DNA from: Paraspadella gotoi
Lineage: Eukaryota; Animalia; Chaetognatha
Assembly: GCA_051294375.1 (NCBI GenBank)
Contig: CM119271.1
Location: 6,449,632 to 6,513,631 of the forward strand
Direction of reading: 5' to 3'
Length of the DNA: 64,000 nt
Shown here: piece by piece, positions 51,721 through 64,000 of the stretch
Numbering within the stretch: the first letter of the stretch is position 1
Layout: the number at the start of each line of letters is the position of its first letter
The notes under the pieces: model-generated
The model's input: only the letters and a program-made list of their open reading frames with translations
What the model was told of the DNA's origin: nothing
Database searches by the model: none
Translations under genes and position numbers: made by a program

Positions 51721-53229
51721 CCTCTCTCTCGTGGACAGACTGACGTGAATGTAGAGGAAGAGGAAGAGAGAAATAATAGATGGAAAGAGTAAAGAAGAGA
51801 GAAAAAGTTAATCTCGATGGAGCGGAAAGAAGAGAAAAGACTGATGAGGGAAAGAGGGAGTAATTCATAGATAAGGAGAAGAAAATTGATGGAAGGAGAA
51901 AGAGAAAAGAGGAGAGAGAGAAAGAGAATAGTTATTGTGGTCGAATGGAGAGAGAGAGGGGGAGAGAGAGATGGGGAGAGAGAGANNNNNNNNNNNNNNN
52001 NNNNNNNNAGGAGGATACTTACTACTTAAAGAGTTTTTTTTTTCCAAACGGATAAAAAAATATTATACTACTTTTATAATGAAGGAGACTGTAAATTGTG
52101 AAAGATTCTTGATTAAAAGCAGAGGGGTTTCCCTCAACACCCGTCAAAGGTCTGGAGGCCGGATAACTAATAAAACAATTATATAACAAGAAACAATGAT
52201 GAGATATACCAAAAAAAAAGCCAAGCAAACTGGCATCCAGACGCACAGACAGACGGAGTGACAGACTTTCTCTTATCTCACTTTCCTTCAATTTTCGAAT
52301 CGATTCGGTTAAAACAACGAGGACAAAAGTTTCCAAATTCCTCACTTCCTCCTCTTCCTCCTCTTCCTCCTCTTCCTCCTCTTCNNNNNNNNNNNNNNNN
52401 NNNNNNNNNNNNNNNNNNNNNNNNNNNNNNNNNNNNNNNNNNNNNNNNNNNNNNNNNNNNNNNNNNNNNNNNNNNNNNNNNNNNNNNNNNNNNNNNNNNN
52501 NNNNNNNNNNNNNNNNNNNNNNNNNNNNNNNNNNNNNNNNNNNNNNNNNNNNNNNNNNNNNNNNNNNNNNNNNNNNNNNNNNNNNNNNNNNNNNNNNNNN
52601 NNNNNNNNNNNNNNNNNNNNNNNNNNNNNNNNNNNNNNNNNNNNNNNNNNNNNNNNNNNNNNNNNNNNNNNNNNNNNNNNNNNNNNNNNNNNNNNNNNNN
52701 NNNNNNNNNNNNNNNNNNNNNNNNNNNNNNNNNNNNNNNNNAGAGAGAGAGAAAAGAATGAAAGACAAAAGAAAAGAGAAAAAGGGGAAATTGAATGGAA
52801 AGAAAAAATACGCCGGTTGATTTACAGTTTGCGAGAACGAATCTTTTTAAACCATAATAATTTATTAAATAAACTAAATTAAACTAAATTAAATTAAACT
52901 AAACTAAATAAACTAAATTAAATAAACTAAAGATTATTTTTTTTGTAAATAATATTATTATTGATTATTAATATCAATAATAATACTAATAATTTTAATA
53001 TTATATTTGTGTAATGGGTATTGCTAAGCTAACTCAGATATTAATTAAACCATACCATTTTAAAATGATAATTAATTGAGTAATGAGCAAGGCTAAGCTA
53101 ACCGAAGTAAAAATGAAATCTGTACTATGTCTCACATACGTGTCGTAACTCACTAAATTCTGAAAATGGATTCTATAATTTCAAAAAACTTTGATGAATA
53201 ATTAAAGATAGTGTGAAAAATTAGGTTAG

Positions 53230-54480
53230 GGGAGTTATTTAGCAGCTGTATATGCTAAAAAGTATTTTAACCAATTGCAGTAAACAGTGGTTACAGTAAT
53301 AGCGGATAAGAAAAAAAAGATTTTACGGTTATAGTATTATACATAGAGGAGAGGTAATAATTACGGAAAGATATCTACAGAGGTGTTACGAGTACCCTTG
53401 CTAGGTGTATATATTTGTCGCGTTCGCCAATGCATAACTAGATAAAAGTTTCGTAATCATATAAAATTTACGAAACAAAAACTTACGAAAAAACAAATCT
53501 AAAACAGAGCCTTTTTGGCAGACAATAGCCAATGATTCGGCCACTGTGCCCCTATCTCCTTCGACGATGTGCATTCTGACGGAGATCCGCTCGACGTTTG
53601 AAGAAATGATCAATCGGCCTTGAAACATAGGAGATAGCAGAGGACTTCGTCATTCTGTTTCGGTGTGTCAAGTCAACCAGTCAGGTTGTCTGTAACTCTC
53701 GTTGTTTGTTATTTCGTCGTTAGTTCTTCTCGTCGAATCGGAACCCAAGACAGGACGGCTGAAGATAGTTTTGTAATCTCTGCCGTATGGATTGTCTTCC
53801 ACCTTGTTTGATCGCCTCTCGAACTATGTTACCTTACTGTAACATATTTATTAGTCTTTTGAGGCGAATGTTTTTAAAATGGATCTTTAATAGTTCTTGC
53901 TGCCAACTTGCGTCCAGTAAAATGCTTATTGGATATGTATTGTCGGAAGGTTGACGCCAGCCTTAGGTGCTTGTTTTGAAATCTTCTCGAGTTTCCCCCA
54001 ATGGACTTCTGACATCGAAAGATAGCAGATACTACCATATTCTAGTAGCGTTCCTAATCATAACATTTAAAGATATTAATGATCATTGAGTTATTAACCT
54101 TTGTTCATTAATTTGATATCTTCCTAATACTCCATTCTAATAATTTGCCCTTTCGGATAGTTCGTTTTATAATTTTTTCCATAGGAGTTTTTGAATCTAA
54201 GGTCACGCCCAGGAACTTTACCTTGTCTACTACTTCAACTGCCGGTGCCCAGTAGATTTAGGCTCACGTCCCGTGTTCAATGATTCTGTAGTGACCCGAA
54301 GATGATGAGGTTAGATTTGTGCGGTGCCAATTTTAGGCGCCTACTTCGTGCACACAATCTCTAATATCCGTATTAGCCTTTTCATACGTATGTTTCCGCG
54401 ATCTGGCGGATTATCCTGCATGGTCCATGCTGCTGGTCGTTCGGCGGAACTGGGCCGGTTCTAATTTCCTGGTTGCTCCT

Positions 54481-54511
<31 letters not shown>

Positions 54512-55117
54512 GGTGGGACTAAGATAAGGAGGTACTTACTACTTAACAGAGGTTTTTTTTTGCATAACGGAATAAAATAATTATACGATCCTACTTTTTA
54601 TAATGAGGAGACCTGGTAAATTGTGGAAAGATTCTTCATTAAAAGCAGAGGGGTTTCCGCTCAACACCCGTTCAAAGGTTCTGGAGGCCCGGATAACTAA
54701 TAAAACAATTATATAACAAGAAACAATGGGACGAGATATAGCCAAAAAAAAAAAAGCGCAAGCAAACTGGCAGCCAGACGCACAGACAGACGGATGACAG
54801 ACCTTTCTCTCATCTCACTTTCCCTTCAATTTTCGAATCGATTCGGTTAAACACGAGGACAAGATGTTATCCAAATTCCTCAACTTCCTCGCTCTTCCCC
54901 TCTTCCTCTCTTACCTCCTCTTCCTCCTCTTACCTCGTCTCCCATTATCAGGGCATTAAGAAGGTTTTCCCTCGCTCCCTCTTAATCCTCTCCCCCCCAA
55001 CTCCGGCCACGCACTCTCCCAACCATGCGCCTTCCGTCGGGGAACGGAATTTGTATTCGCGCAAGATCGGGAACTTTGGGACAAAAAAAGAGTTGAAGAG
55101 GAGAGAGAGTAGAGAGG

Positions 55118-55161
<44 letters not shown>

Positions 55162-55681
55162 AATGAAAGAACAAAGAAGAGAAAAGGGGATTGAATGAAA
55201 AGAAAAAAATACGCCGGTTGATTTACGTTTGCGAGAACGATGAATCTTTTTAAAACCATAAAACTAAAGATTTTTTTTTTTTGTAAAATATTGATTATTA
55301 TTAATTATTAAATCAATAATAATACTAATAATTCTAATATTATAGTTTGTATGGTATGTGCTAAGTCTAAGCTCAATATTATTTAAACCTACCATTTTAA
55401 AATGATAATTATTGAGTAACATGACAAGGCTAGCTAACGAGAGTAAAATGAAATCTGTTCTATGTCTCACATACGCGTCGTAACTACTAAATTCTGAAAA
55501 ATGGATTCTATAGTAATGTCAAAAAACTTTGATGAATATTTGAATAGTTTAAAGATGGTGTATAGAAAGTTAGGTTAGGCTTTCAATAGTTTTCTTCAGG
55601 TCTTATTGCATCCACTTTTGTCCGGTCTATTCGTTATATAGACAAAAGGTCCTCAGTCAAAAAATCTAAGAAAGAGAGAGA

Positions 55682-55735
<54 letters not shown>
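53230..55735 (+). repeat. Copy A of an apparently exact 2.5 kb duplication (offset 4557; copy B at 57787-60292)
   Basis: Identical ORFs at +4557 (53401/57958, 54948/59505). The downstream 55740-57786 is a diverged match to 60296-62327, and 52010-53229 is a third, cleaner copy of 54527-55580. Confidence 0.95.
53760..54460 (-). mobile_element. Non-LTR retrotransposon (LINE) RT C-terminal fragment, 5'-truncated and frameshifted
   Basis: On the - strand: a QF(A)DD-like motif (~54430-54455), LKLAPHKSNLIIF (~54298-54336), VEVVDKVKFLGVTLDSK (54189-54239), LEYGS (54031-54045), then KLE.I...LRLA and TIKD. These are canonical APE-type LINE ORF2 motifs. Confidence 0.85.
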
Positions 55736-55744
<9 letters not shown>

Positions 55745-56251
55745 AGGAGAACGCACTGAAGAGGACGAGACATACGAGAAGACCAGAAGGAAGAAATAAT
55801 TATCTTTCCACGTCATAAGATATAAAAAATCAGAATTAACGGTTCATTTTACAACCAAAGTCATTGTTTCCGGACGCAATATTTTTTTAAAGGATCAAAT
55901 AATAGTTGGAAAAATTATAAGCTGTAATCGAAAAGGGAGGTACGATAGAAAGGCAGACAGTACAATTTAATTATTCGAGTGAAAGAGAGAGAGAGAGTAG
56001 AAGAGAGAGGAGGAAGGAGAGAGAGAAGAGAGAGAGAAGAGAGAGGAGAGGAGAGAGAGGAGAGTAGAGAGAGCAGAGAGGATAGAGTGAGATGGGAGTA
56101 TATATATATATATGATATTGATATTGTTAAAAATAGAAGACTTAGGCCAGTTTATTTAAACTACCTTCAAAGTTACTTATGTAGATTTAGATATTTTCAA
56201 CGGCAGATCCGTATATTTTAAAAACAGTTAATTTAGAAAGAAAGAAGGAGT

Positions 56252-56285
<34 letters not shown>

Positions 56286-56989
56286 TGGAGAAGGAGAAGA
56301 AAAGAACAAACATCGTGAACACGAAATGAGTTTGCGTGATGTCCGATTCGTTAATCGCCACGCAACAAAGGGATGAACTCAGGTTCTCAATTTTTTTTTT
56401 TTTTTTTCTCTTTTTTTAATTTTTTTGTATTCTGTCCAGAAAGTTCATTCGCAGCATGTTCATTAGATCTTCCGTTCTCACATTCTCCATAGTTTCTATT
56501 TATTTATACACCTTATGTTTAAAAAAAATCATTTCCGGTTACAAATACAATTCTGACTCTTAGCTTTAGCGTCATAAGCGAATCGTGATTCCACACGCGC
56601 GCGCGGCGGCTTCTCATGGTTTCGCTTAAATAACCGTTCATTTCATAAAACTCGTACTCAAAAGTACTCCAAAATTAATTAGGCAACGAAAAATAAGCAA
56701 GATGATCTCGCTCTCGTCTAATTCANNNNNNNNNNNNNNNNNNNNNNNNNATTCGAGTCTCGACATCACTAATATTTTTTCAAGTTTTCATTCTCACTCT
56801 CGCTCATTCTCACTGTTTCTCGCAGTTTATTTTACAATTCTTCATCTTCGCTGCCTCACTCTCTCTCTCTCATTATTCACTGCATTCTTTCTCACTCTCA
56901 CGCTTTGCACTCTCAGCGACTTCCCGCCAACACGACACCCTTCGCTTCTCTTGGCTGCGTTCGTGAACGATGAAGTTGCCTATTAAGAG

Positions 56990-57053
<64 letters not shown>

Positions 57054-57302
57054 TTGTTGTCAATAGCATGGCGTTGGCTGCAGACTGTGCACTTTTGACG
57101 TTGTCGTCTCTTGGCCCGCTTTAAAGGGGTAAATGTGAGGTTATTATGGTTGAGTCATGACATTCGATTTACAGGGTACGTTGAATTGTAGTATTTGTAT
57201 TACACACGCAGATGCCGAAGTTACCAATCAAAAAGTCCAAAGGGGAAGTTAAAAAAAGCGTGAAAAGTAAGAATTTGATTAATCGTCAATTTATACGAGC
57301 GC

Positions 57303-57695
57303 GGGTCAAAGGCGGAGATTGGGACGGGCAATGCGGAGACTGGGATGGGCAAAGGCGGATATTAGGACGGGCAAAGGCGGAGACTGAGATGGGAAAATGC
57401 GGAGATTGGACGGGCAAAGGCAGAGATTGCGACGGGCAAAGGCTGGGACTGGGATGGGCAAAGGCGAGACAGGGATGGGCAAAGGCGGAGATTCGGACGA
57501 GCAAAGGCGGGAGACTGGGACGGGCAAAGGCTGTGACTGGGACGGTCAAAGGCGGACACTGTGATGGGCAGAGACAGCGAGGAGCAAAACGGAGATTAGC
57601 ACGGGCAAAGGCGGAGATTGGGACAGAAAAAGAAGCGAATTGGGACGTGCAAAAGCGCGGGCTGAGCCGGAGATTGGCTGCGGGCAAAGGCGCCG
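57303..57695. repeat. GC-rich ~23-bp minisatellite (GGGCAAAGGCGGAGATTGGGAC-like); second array at 61841-62235
   Basis: About 16-17 imperfect units, becoming more degenerate toward the right. Confidence 0.9.
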
Positions 57696-58316
57696 ATTAA
57701 TAAACTCCAGGGCGTCGATTAACTTCCCTCGTGATCCCAAAAGCGCGAAGCAGAACGAATCTGAAATTTTCTCATCAAATCCAAAAGGGAGTTATTTAGC
57801 AGCTGTATATGCTAAAAAGTATTTTAACCAATTGCAGTAAACAGTGGTTACAGTAATAGCGGATAAGAAAAAAAAGATTTTACGGTTATAGTATTATACA
57901 TAGAGGAGAGGTAATAATTACGGAAAGATATCTACAGAGGTGTTACGAGTACCCTTGCTAGGTGTATATATTTGTCGCGTTCGCCAATGCATAACTAGAT
58001 AAAAGTTTCGTAATCATATAAAATTTACGAAACAAAAACTTACGAAAAAACAAATCTAAAACAGAGCCTTTTTGGCAGACAATAGCCAATGATTCGGCCA
58101 CTGTGCCCCTATCTCCTTCGACGATGTGCATTCTGACGGAGATCCGCTCGACGTTTGAAGAAATGATCAATCGGCCTTGAAACATAGGAGATAGCAGAGG
58201 ACTTCGTCATTCTGTTTCGGTGTGTCAAGTCAACCAGTCAGGTTGTCTGTAACTCTCGTTGTTTGTTATTTCGTCGTTAGTTCTTCTCGTCGAATCGGAA
58301 CCCAAGACAGGACGGC

Positions 58317-59017
58317 TGAAGATAGTTTTGTAATCTCTGCCGTATGGATTGTCTTCCACCTTGTTTGATCGCCTCTCGAACTATGTTACCTTACTGTAAC
58401 ATATTTATTAGTCTTTTGAGGCGAATGTTTTTAAAATGGATCTTTAATAGTTCTTGCTGCCAACTTGCGTCCAGTAAAATGCTTATTGGATATGTATTGT
58501 CGGAAGGTTGACGCCAGCCTTAGGTGCTTGTTTTGAAATCTTCTCGAGTTTCCCCCAATGGACTTCTGACATCGAAAGATAGCAGATACTACCATATTCT
58601 AGTAGCGTTCCTAATCATAACATTTAAAGATATTAATGATCATTGAGTTATTAACCTTTGTTCATTAATTTGATATCTTCCTAATACTCCATTCTAATAA
58701 TTTGCCCTTTCGGATAGTTCGTTTTATAATTTTTTCCATAGGAGTTTTTGAATCTAAGGTCACGCCCAGGAACTTTACCTTGTCTACTACTTCAACTGCC
58801 GGTGCCCAGTAGATTTAGGCTCACGTCCCGTGTTCAATGATTCTGTAGTGACCCGAAGATGATGAGGTTAGATTTGTGCGGTGCCAATTTTAGGCGCCTA
58901 CTTCGTGCACACAATCTCTAATATCCGTATTAGCCTTTTCATACGTATGTTTCCGCGATCTGGCGGATTATCCTGCATGGTCCATGCTGCTGGTCGTTCG
59001 GCGGAACTGGGCCGGTT
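58317..59017 (-). mobile_element. Duplicate of the LINE RT fragment
   Basis: Same sequence as 53760-54460 at offset +4557. Confidence 0.85.
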
Positions 59018-59037
59018 CTAATTTCCTGGTTGCTCCT

Positions 59038-59068
<31 letters not shown>

Positions 59069-59674
59069 GGTGGGACTAAGATAAGGAGGTACTTACTACT
59101 TAACAGAGGTTTTTTTTTGCATAACGGAATAAAATAATTATACGATCCTACTTTTTATAATGAGGAGACCTGGTAAATTGTGGAAAGATTCTTCATTAAA
59201 AGCAGAGGGGTTTCCGCTCAACACCCGTTCAAAGGTTCTGGAGGCCCGGATAACTAATAAAACAATTATATAACAAGAAACAATGGGACGAGATATAGCC
59301 AAAAAAAAAAAAGCGCAAGCAAACTGGCAGCCAGACGCACAGACAGACGGATGACAGACCTTTCTCTCATCTCACTTTCCCTTCAATTTTCGAATCGATT
59401 CGGTTAAACACGAGGACAAGATGTTATCCAAATTCCTCAACTTCCTCGCTCTTCCCCTCTTCCTCTCTTACCTCCTCTTCCTCCTCTTACCTCGTCTCCC
59501 ATTATCAGGGCATTAAGAAGGTTTTCCCTCGCTCCCTCTTAATCCTCTCCCCCCCAACTCCGGCCACGCACTCTCCCAACCATGCGCCTTCCGTCGGGGA
59601 ACGGAATTTGTATTCGCGCAAGATCGGGAACTTTGGGACAAAAAAAGAGTTGAAGAGGAGAGAGAGTAGAGAGG

Positions 59675-59718
<44 letters not shown>

Positions 59719-60238
59719 AATGAAAGAACAAAGAAGAGAAAAGGGGATTGAATGAAAAGAAAAAAATACGCCGGTTGATTTACGTTTGCGAGAACGATGA
59801 ATCTTTTTAAAACCATAAAACTAAAGATTTTTTTTTTTTGTAAAATATTGATTATTATTAATTATTAAATCAATAATAATACTAATAATTCTAATATTAT
59901 AGTTTGTATGGTATGTGCTAAGTCTAAGCTCAATATTATTTAAACCTACCATTTTAAAATGATAATTATTGAGTAACATGACAAGGCTAGCTAACGAGAG
60001 TAAAATGAAATCTGTTCTATGTCTCACATACGCGTCGTAACTACTAAATTCTGAAAAATGGATTCTATAGTAATGTCAAAAAACTTTGATGAATATTTGA
60101 ATAGTTTAAAGATGGTGTATAGAAAGTTAGGTTAGGCTTTCAATAGTTTTCTTCAGGTCTTATTGCATCCACTTTTGTCCGGTCTATTCGTTATATAGAC
60201 AAAAGGTCCTCAGTCAAAAAATCTAAGAAAGAGAGAGA

Positions 60239-60299
<61 letters not shown>

Positions 60300-60533
60300 A
60301 GAGCGACACTGAAGGAGGACGAGAACATACGAGAAGACCAGAGAGGAAGAAATATTACATTTCACGTCATAGATATAAAAAATCAGATTAACGTTCATTT
60401 TACAATCCAAAGTGCATTGTTTCGGACGCAATATTTTAAAGGTCAAATATAGTTGAAAAAAATTTATAAAGCTTTATCGAAAAGGGAGTAACGATAGAAA
60501 GCAGACAGTAACAATTTAATTATTCGAGTGAGA

Positions 60534-60588
<55 letters not shown>

Positions 60589-62614
60589 CAAGAGAGAGAG
60601 AGAGGAGAGAGGAGAGTGAGAGAGAGGAGAGAGAGAATGAGAGGAGAGTGAAGGATATATATATATATAATATTGATATTGTTTAAAAATAGAAGAGCTT
60701 TAGGCAAGTTTATTAAACTACCTCAAAAGATTACTTATGTGAGATATAGAATTCTTCTCAAAACGGCAGAACCGTATATTTTAAAATCAGTTGAATTTAG
60801 AAAAGAAGGGAGGGGTAGAGAGAGAGAGAGAGAGAGAGAGAAGAAGAGAGGGGGATGAAAGAAGGAGAAGAGACAAACATCGTGAACACGAAATGAGTTT
60901 GGCGTGATGTCCGATTCGAATCGCCAACGCACAAGGGAATGGAACTTCAGGTTCTCAAATTTTTTTTATTTTTTTTTCTTTTTTTTAAATTTTTTTGTAA
61001 GTCTGATCCAGAAAGTTCTTCGCAGCATTGTTCACTTAGATTTCCGTCTCACATTCTCCATAGTTCTCTATTTTTTTTATTATGTTTCAAAAAAAATCAT
61101 TTCCGGTTACAAAATACAATTCTGCACTTTAGCTTTAGCGTCATAAGCGAATCGTATCAGTCTATGCGGGCGCGCGTGCGGCTTCTCATGGTTCGCTTAA
61201 ATAACCTGTCATTTCATAAAACTCGTACTCAAAAGTACTCCAAAATTAATTAGGCAACGAAAAATAAGCAATATGAACTCGCTCTCTCTAATTCAGAGTC
61301 TCGACATCACTAATATTTTTTCAAGTTTTCATTCTCACTCTCGCTCATTTCTCACTGTTTCTCAGCAGTTTATTTAACAATTCCTCATCTTCGCTGCCTA
61401 CACTCTGCTCTCTCTCATTATTCACTGCATTCTTTCTCACTCTCACGCTTTTGCACTCTCAGCGACTTTCCCGCCAACACGACACCCTTCGCTTCTCTTG
61501 GCTGGGTTCGTGAAACGATGAAGTTGCCTATTAAGAGGTCGTCGTCGTCGCGTCGTCGTCGCGTCGTCGTCGTCGTCGTCGTCGTCGTTCGCATTGTGTC
61601 AATAGCATGGCGTTGGCTGCAGACTGTGCACTTTTGACGTTGTCGTCTCTTGGCCCGCTTTAAAGGGGTAAATGTAGAGGTATTATGGTTGAGTCATGAC
61701 ATTCGATTTACAGGGTACGTTGAATTGTAGTATTTGTATTACACACCAGATGCCGAAGTTTACCAATCAAAAAGTCCAAAGGGGAAGTTAAAAAAGCGTG
61801 AAAAAGTAAGAATTTGATTAATCGTCAATTATACGAGCGCGGGTCAAAGGCGGAAGATTGGGACGGGCAAAGGCGGAGACTGGGATGGGCAAAGGCGGAT
61901 ATTAGGACGGGCAAAGGCGGAGACTGAGATGGGAAAATGCGGAGATTGACGGGCCAAAGGCAGAGATTGCGACGGGCAAAGGAGGGAACTGGGATGGACA
62001 AAGGCGAAGACGGGATGGGCAAGGCGGAGATTCGGACGAGCAAAGGCGGAGACTGGGACGGACAAAGGCAGGTGACTGGGACGGTCAAAGGCGGACACTG
62101 TGATGGGCAGAGACAGCGAGAGCAAAACGGAGATTAGCACGGGCAAAGGCGGAGATTGGGAACAGAAAAAGAAGCGAATTGGGGACGTGCAAAAGCGCGG
62201 GCTGAGCCAGGAGATTGGCTGCGGGCAAAGGCGCCGATTAAATAACTCCAGGGCGTCGATTAACTTCACCTCGTGATCCCAAAAGCGCGAAGCAGAACGA
62301 ATCTGAAATTTCTCATCAAATCCAAAACAAAGAAGGGGGGGGGATCAATGGAGGAAGAGGAAGAGGAGAGGAGAGGGACGAAGGGGGGAGGGGGGGAAAA
62401 GGGGGACAGGAGAAGAGATGAAGAATGGTGGAAGTGGAGGGGGAAGTGGAGAAAGGTGGCGAAANNNNNNNNNNNNNNNNNNNNNNNNNGGGGGGAGAGT
62501 ATTAGTAAAGGAAAGAGAGAGAGACGGAGGGCGAGCGAGGAAAGCATCTTGGGACACGTGAGAAAAAGATTAGAGTAAGTAAAGGTTGAGAAAGGAGGAG
62601 AGAGTGAATGAGAG

Positions 62615-62733
<119 letters not shown>

Positions 62734-62881
62734 AGAACAGAAAGAAAATGGAGGCACGAGTGAATTAGAAAAGGAAAGAGATGAGGGATTAGATGTGATA
62801 AAATATTTGAGGAGAGAGAAAAGTGAAAAAAAAGAAAAGAAAAAAAAAACATTTCAAATTCCAAAAAGGAGTCGACGACGC

Positions 62882-62932
<51 letters not shown>

Positions 62933-63691
62933 TTCAATGAAGTTTCTGTCAAAAATCGAAAATTCATCGGCAGAAAATTGGAATCTGCGGGATCCTGGGG
63001 TCGCGACGGTCGGTCGGTCGGTCCGTGTCGCCCCCTTCTCCGCACATTTGTCATTATTTTCTTTTTTTTCCTCTTTCAAAATTGAACCAGTGTCCCCCAT
63101 TAACACGGTACGGATGATCCATCCATTAAATCATTCTTTTCCCCACTCTTCGACTTATAGTTAATTGAATATAGTTACTATTAGTTAAATGAATGTACAG
63201 TACAAATTACTATAATTTAAAAACATCATTTGGTTTAAATTCGAACTAAATTTGGTTTTTCTAATTTTCGTCATCTAAATCAACCACCAAAAAAAAACCC
63301 ACTATTCCACCATCATCCCACCTCGCCCACCCTACCACCACTCCGGCACCTATCGACACCCACTCAAAGTGTCAAGCGCCCACCATCTCATTTGCATAAT
63401 GAGGTTCTCCATTCCTTTGTTTCTCTGGCAAACTGGAAGGGATTATGAACTCCAGCCGCATTGGGGAGAGGGAAAGGCTCGTGAGTGGAGGGGGAGTTAA
63501 TTACTGTCTATTTTGTTGATTAGGCGTTAATTTATGAACAAACACTTTTTTTAAAAAATATTTCGATGGTGCATTGACATTGAATAAATTGATTTTAAAT
63601 AAATTAGCTTAAATTAGATAGCAGGCATTGCCCATTGCCCCAATGCCCCATGCTCATACCCAGGTTCACCCTGTAAATATACTTTATACCT

Positions 63692-63745
63692 CAGGGGCGT
63701 AGCCACCTGCCAAGCCAGGTAACAAGCCCAGGACCCGTTTCTTGC
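63692..63745 (+). mobile_element. Possible terminus of a hAT/Tip100-like non-autonomous element
   Basis: CAGGGGCGTAGCCA resembles a common hAT-type terminal motif. No partner end is visible in the window. Confidence 0.2.
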
Positions 63746-64000
63746 CAGCGAGAAGGACATAAGAGAGGGACATCTTCAACCCACTCAGCACATCATTCAC
63801 ATATATTACAGATGCCAGAATGATAGACAGAAATGCCAGAAATTAATGATGTCGTTATAACAGTGCGTTAAAAAAAAAATTTACAAAATCCGTCGCCATA
63901 GGAAAGCGATATTTCACTTCTTCTTTTTTTTCATTAAACGTCCTTCATCCATAATGAGTTACGGTTAGCGCTCCATTTCAAATTTGTCCTTGTTCGATTT

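Noticed and set aside
47856-52768. Long ORFs consisting mostly of X residues
   Set aside because: They only span N gaps.
53221-53300. LINE 3' end next to TTAGGTTAGG as a telomere-repeat-targeted insertion (SART/TRAS-like)
   Set aside because: The same segment begins at 57787 after an unrelated flank, so the junction is probably an assembly fill boundary.
57303-57695. 23-bp repeats as CRISPR or as the repeat protein in ORF 57212-57700
   Set aside because: No spacers, unit length is not a multiple of 3, and the second array does not keep the frame.

Overview
This is eukaryotic (animal-like) genomic DNA, not prokaryotic. It is AT-rich and saturated with (AG)n, (GAC)n, (GAAA)n, (GAAT)n and (TAGA)n microsatellites. 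It has many N gaps, seven of them exactly 25 N, and long indel-rich stretches typical of raw long-read gap filling. I found no intact gene, rRNA, tRNA or CRISPR array, and almost all listed ORFs are microsatellite read-throughs. Recognisable content is mostly transposable elements: frameshifted Gypsy-like LTR-retrotransposon pol domains in the odd order RH-INT-RT-RH-INT' (1.7-6.7 kb), a hAT transposase remnant (20.1-21.2 kb), a ~2.5 kb TIR-bounded insertion with empty-site counterparts in the same window (23.2-25.8 kb), a non-LTR RT fragment present twice (53.8-54.5 and 58.3-59.0 kb), and small DINE-1/HINE-like, TTAGG-core and piggyBac-like elements. A ~7.4 kb unit that may hold exons occurs about four times (one inverted), and a ~4.6 kb unit twice. 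Parts of these duplications look base-identical including apparent read errors, so they are most likely assembly artefacts. I do not see convincing evidence of a new biological system. The best leads are the permuted Gypsy pol and the unclassified TIR element.
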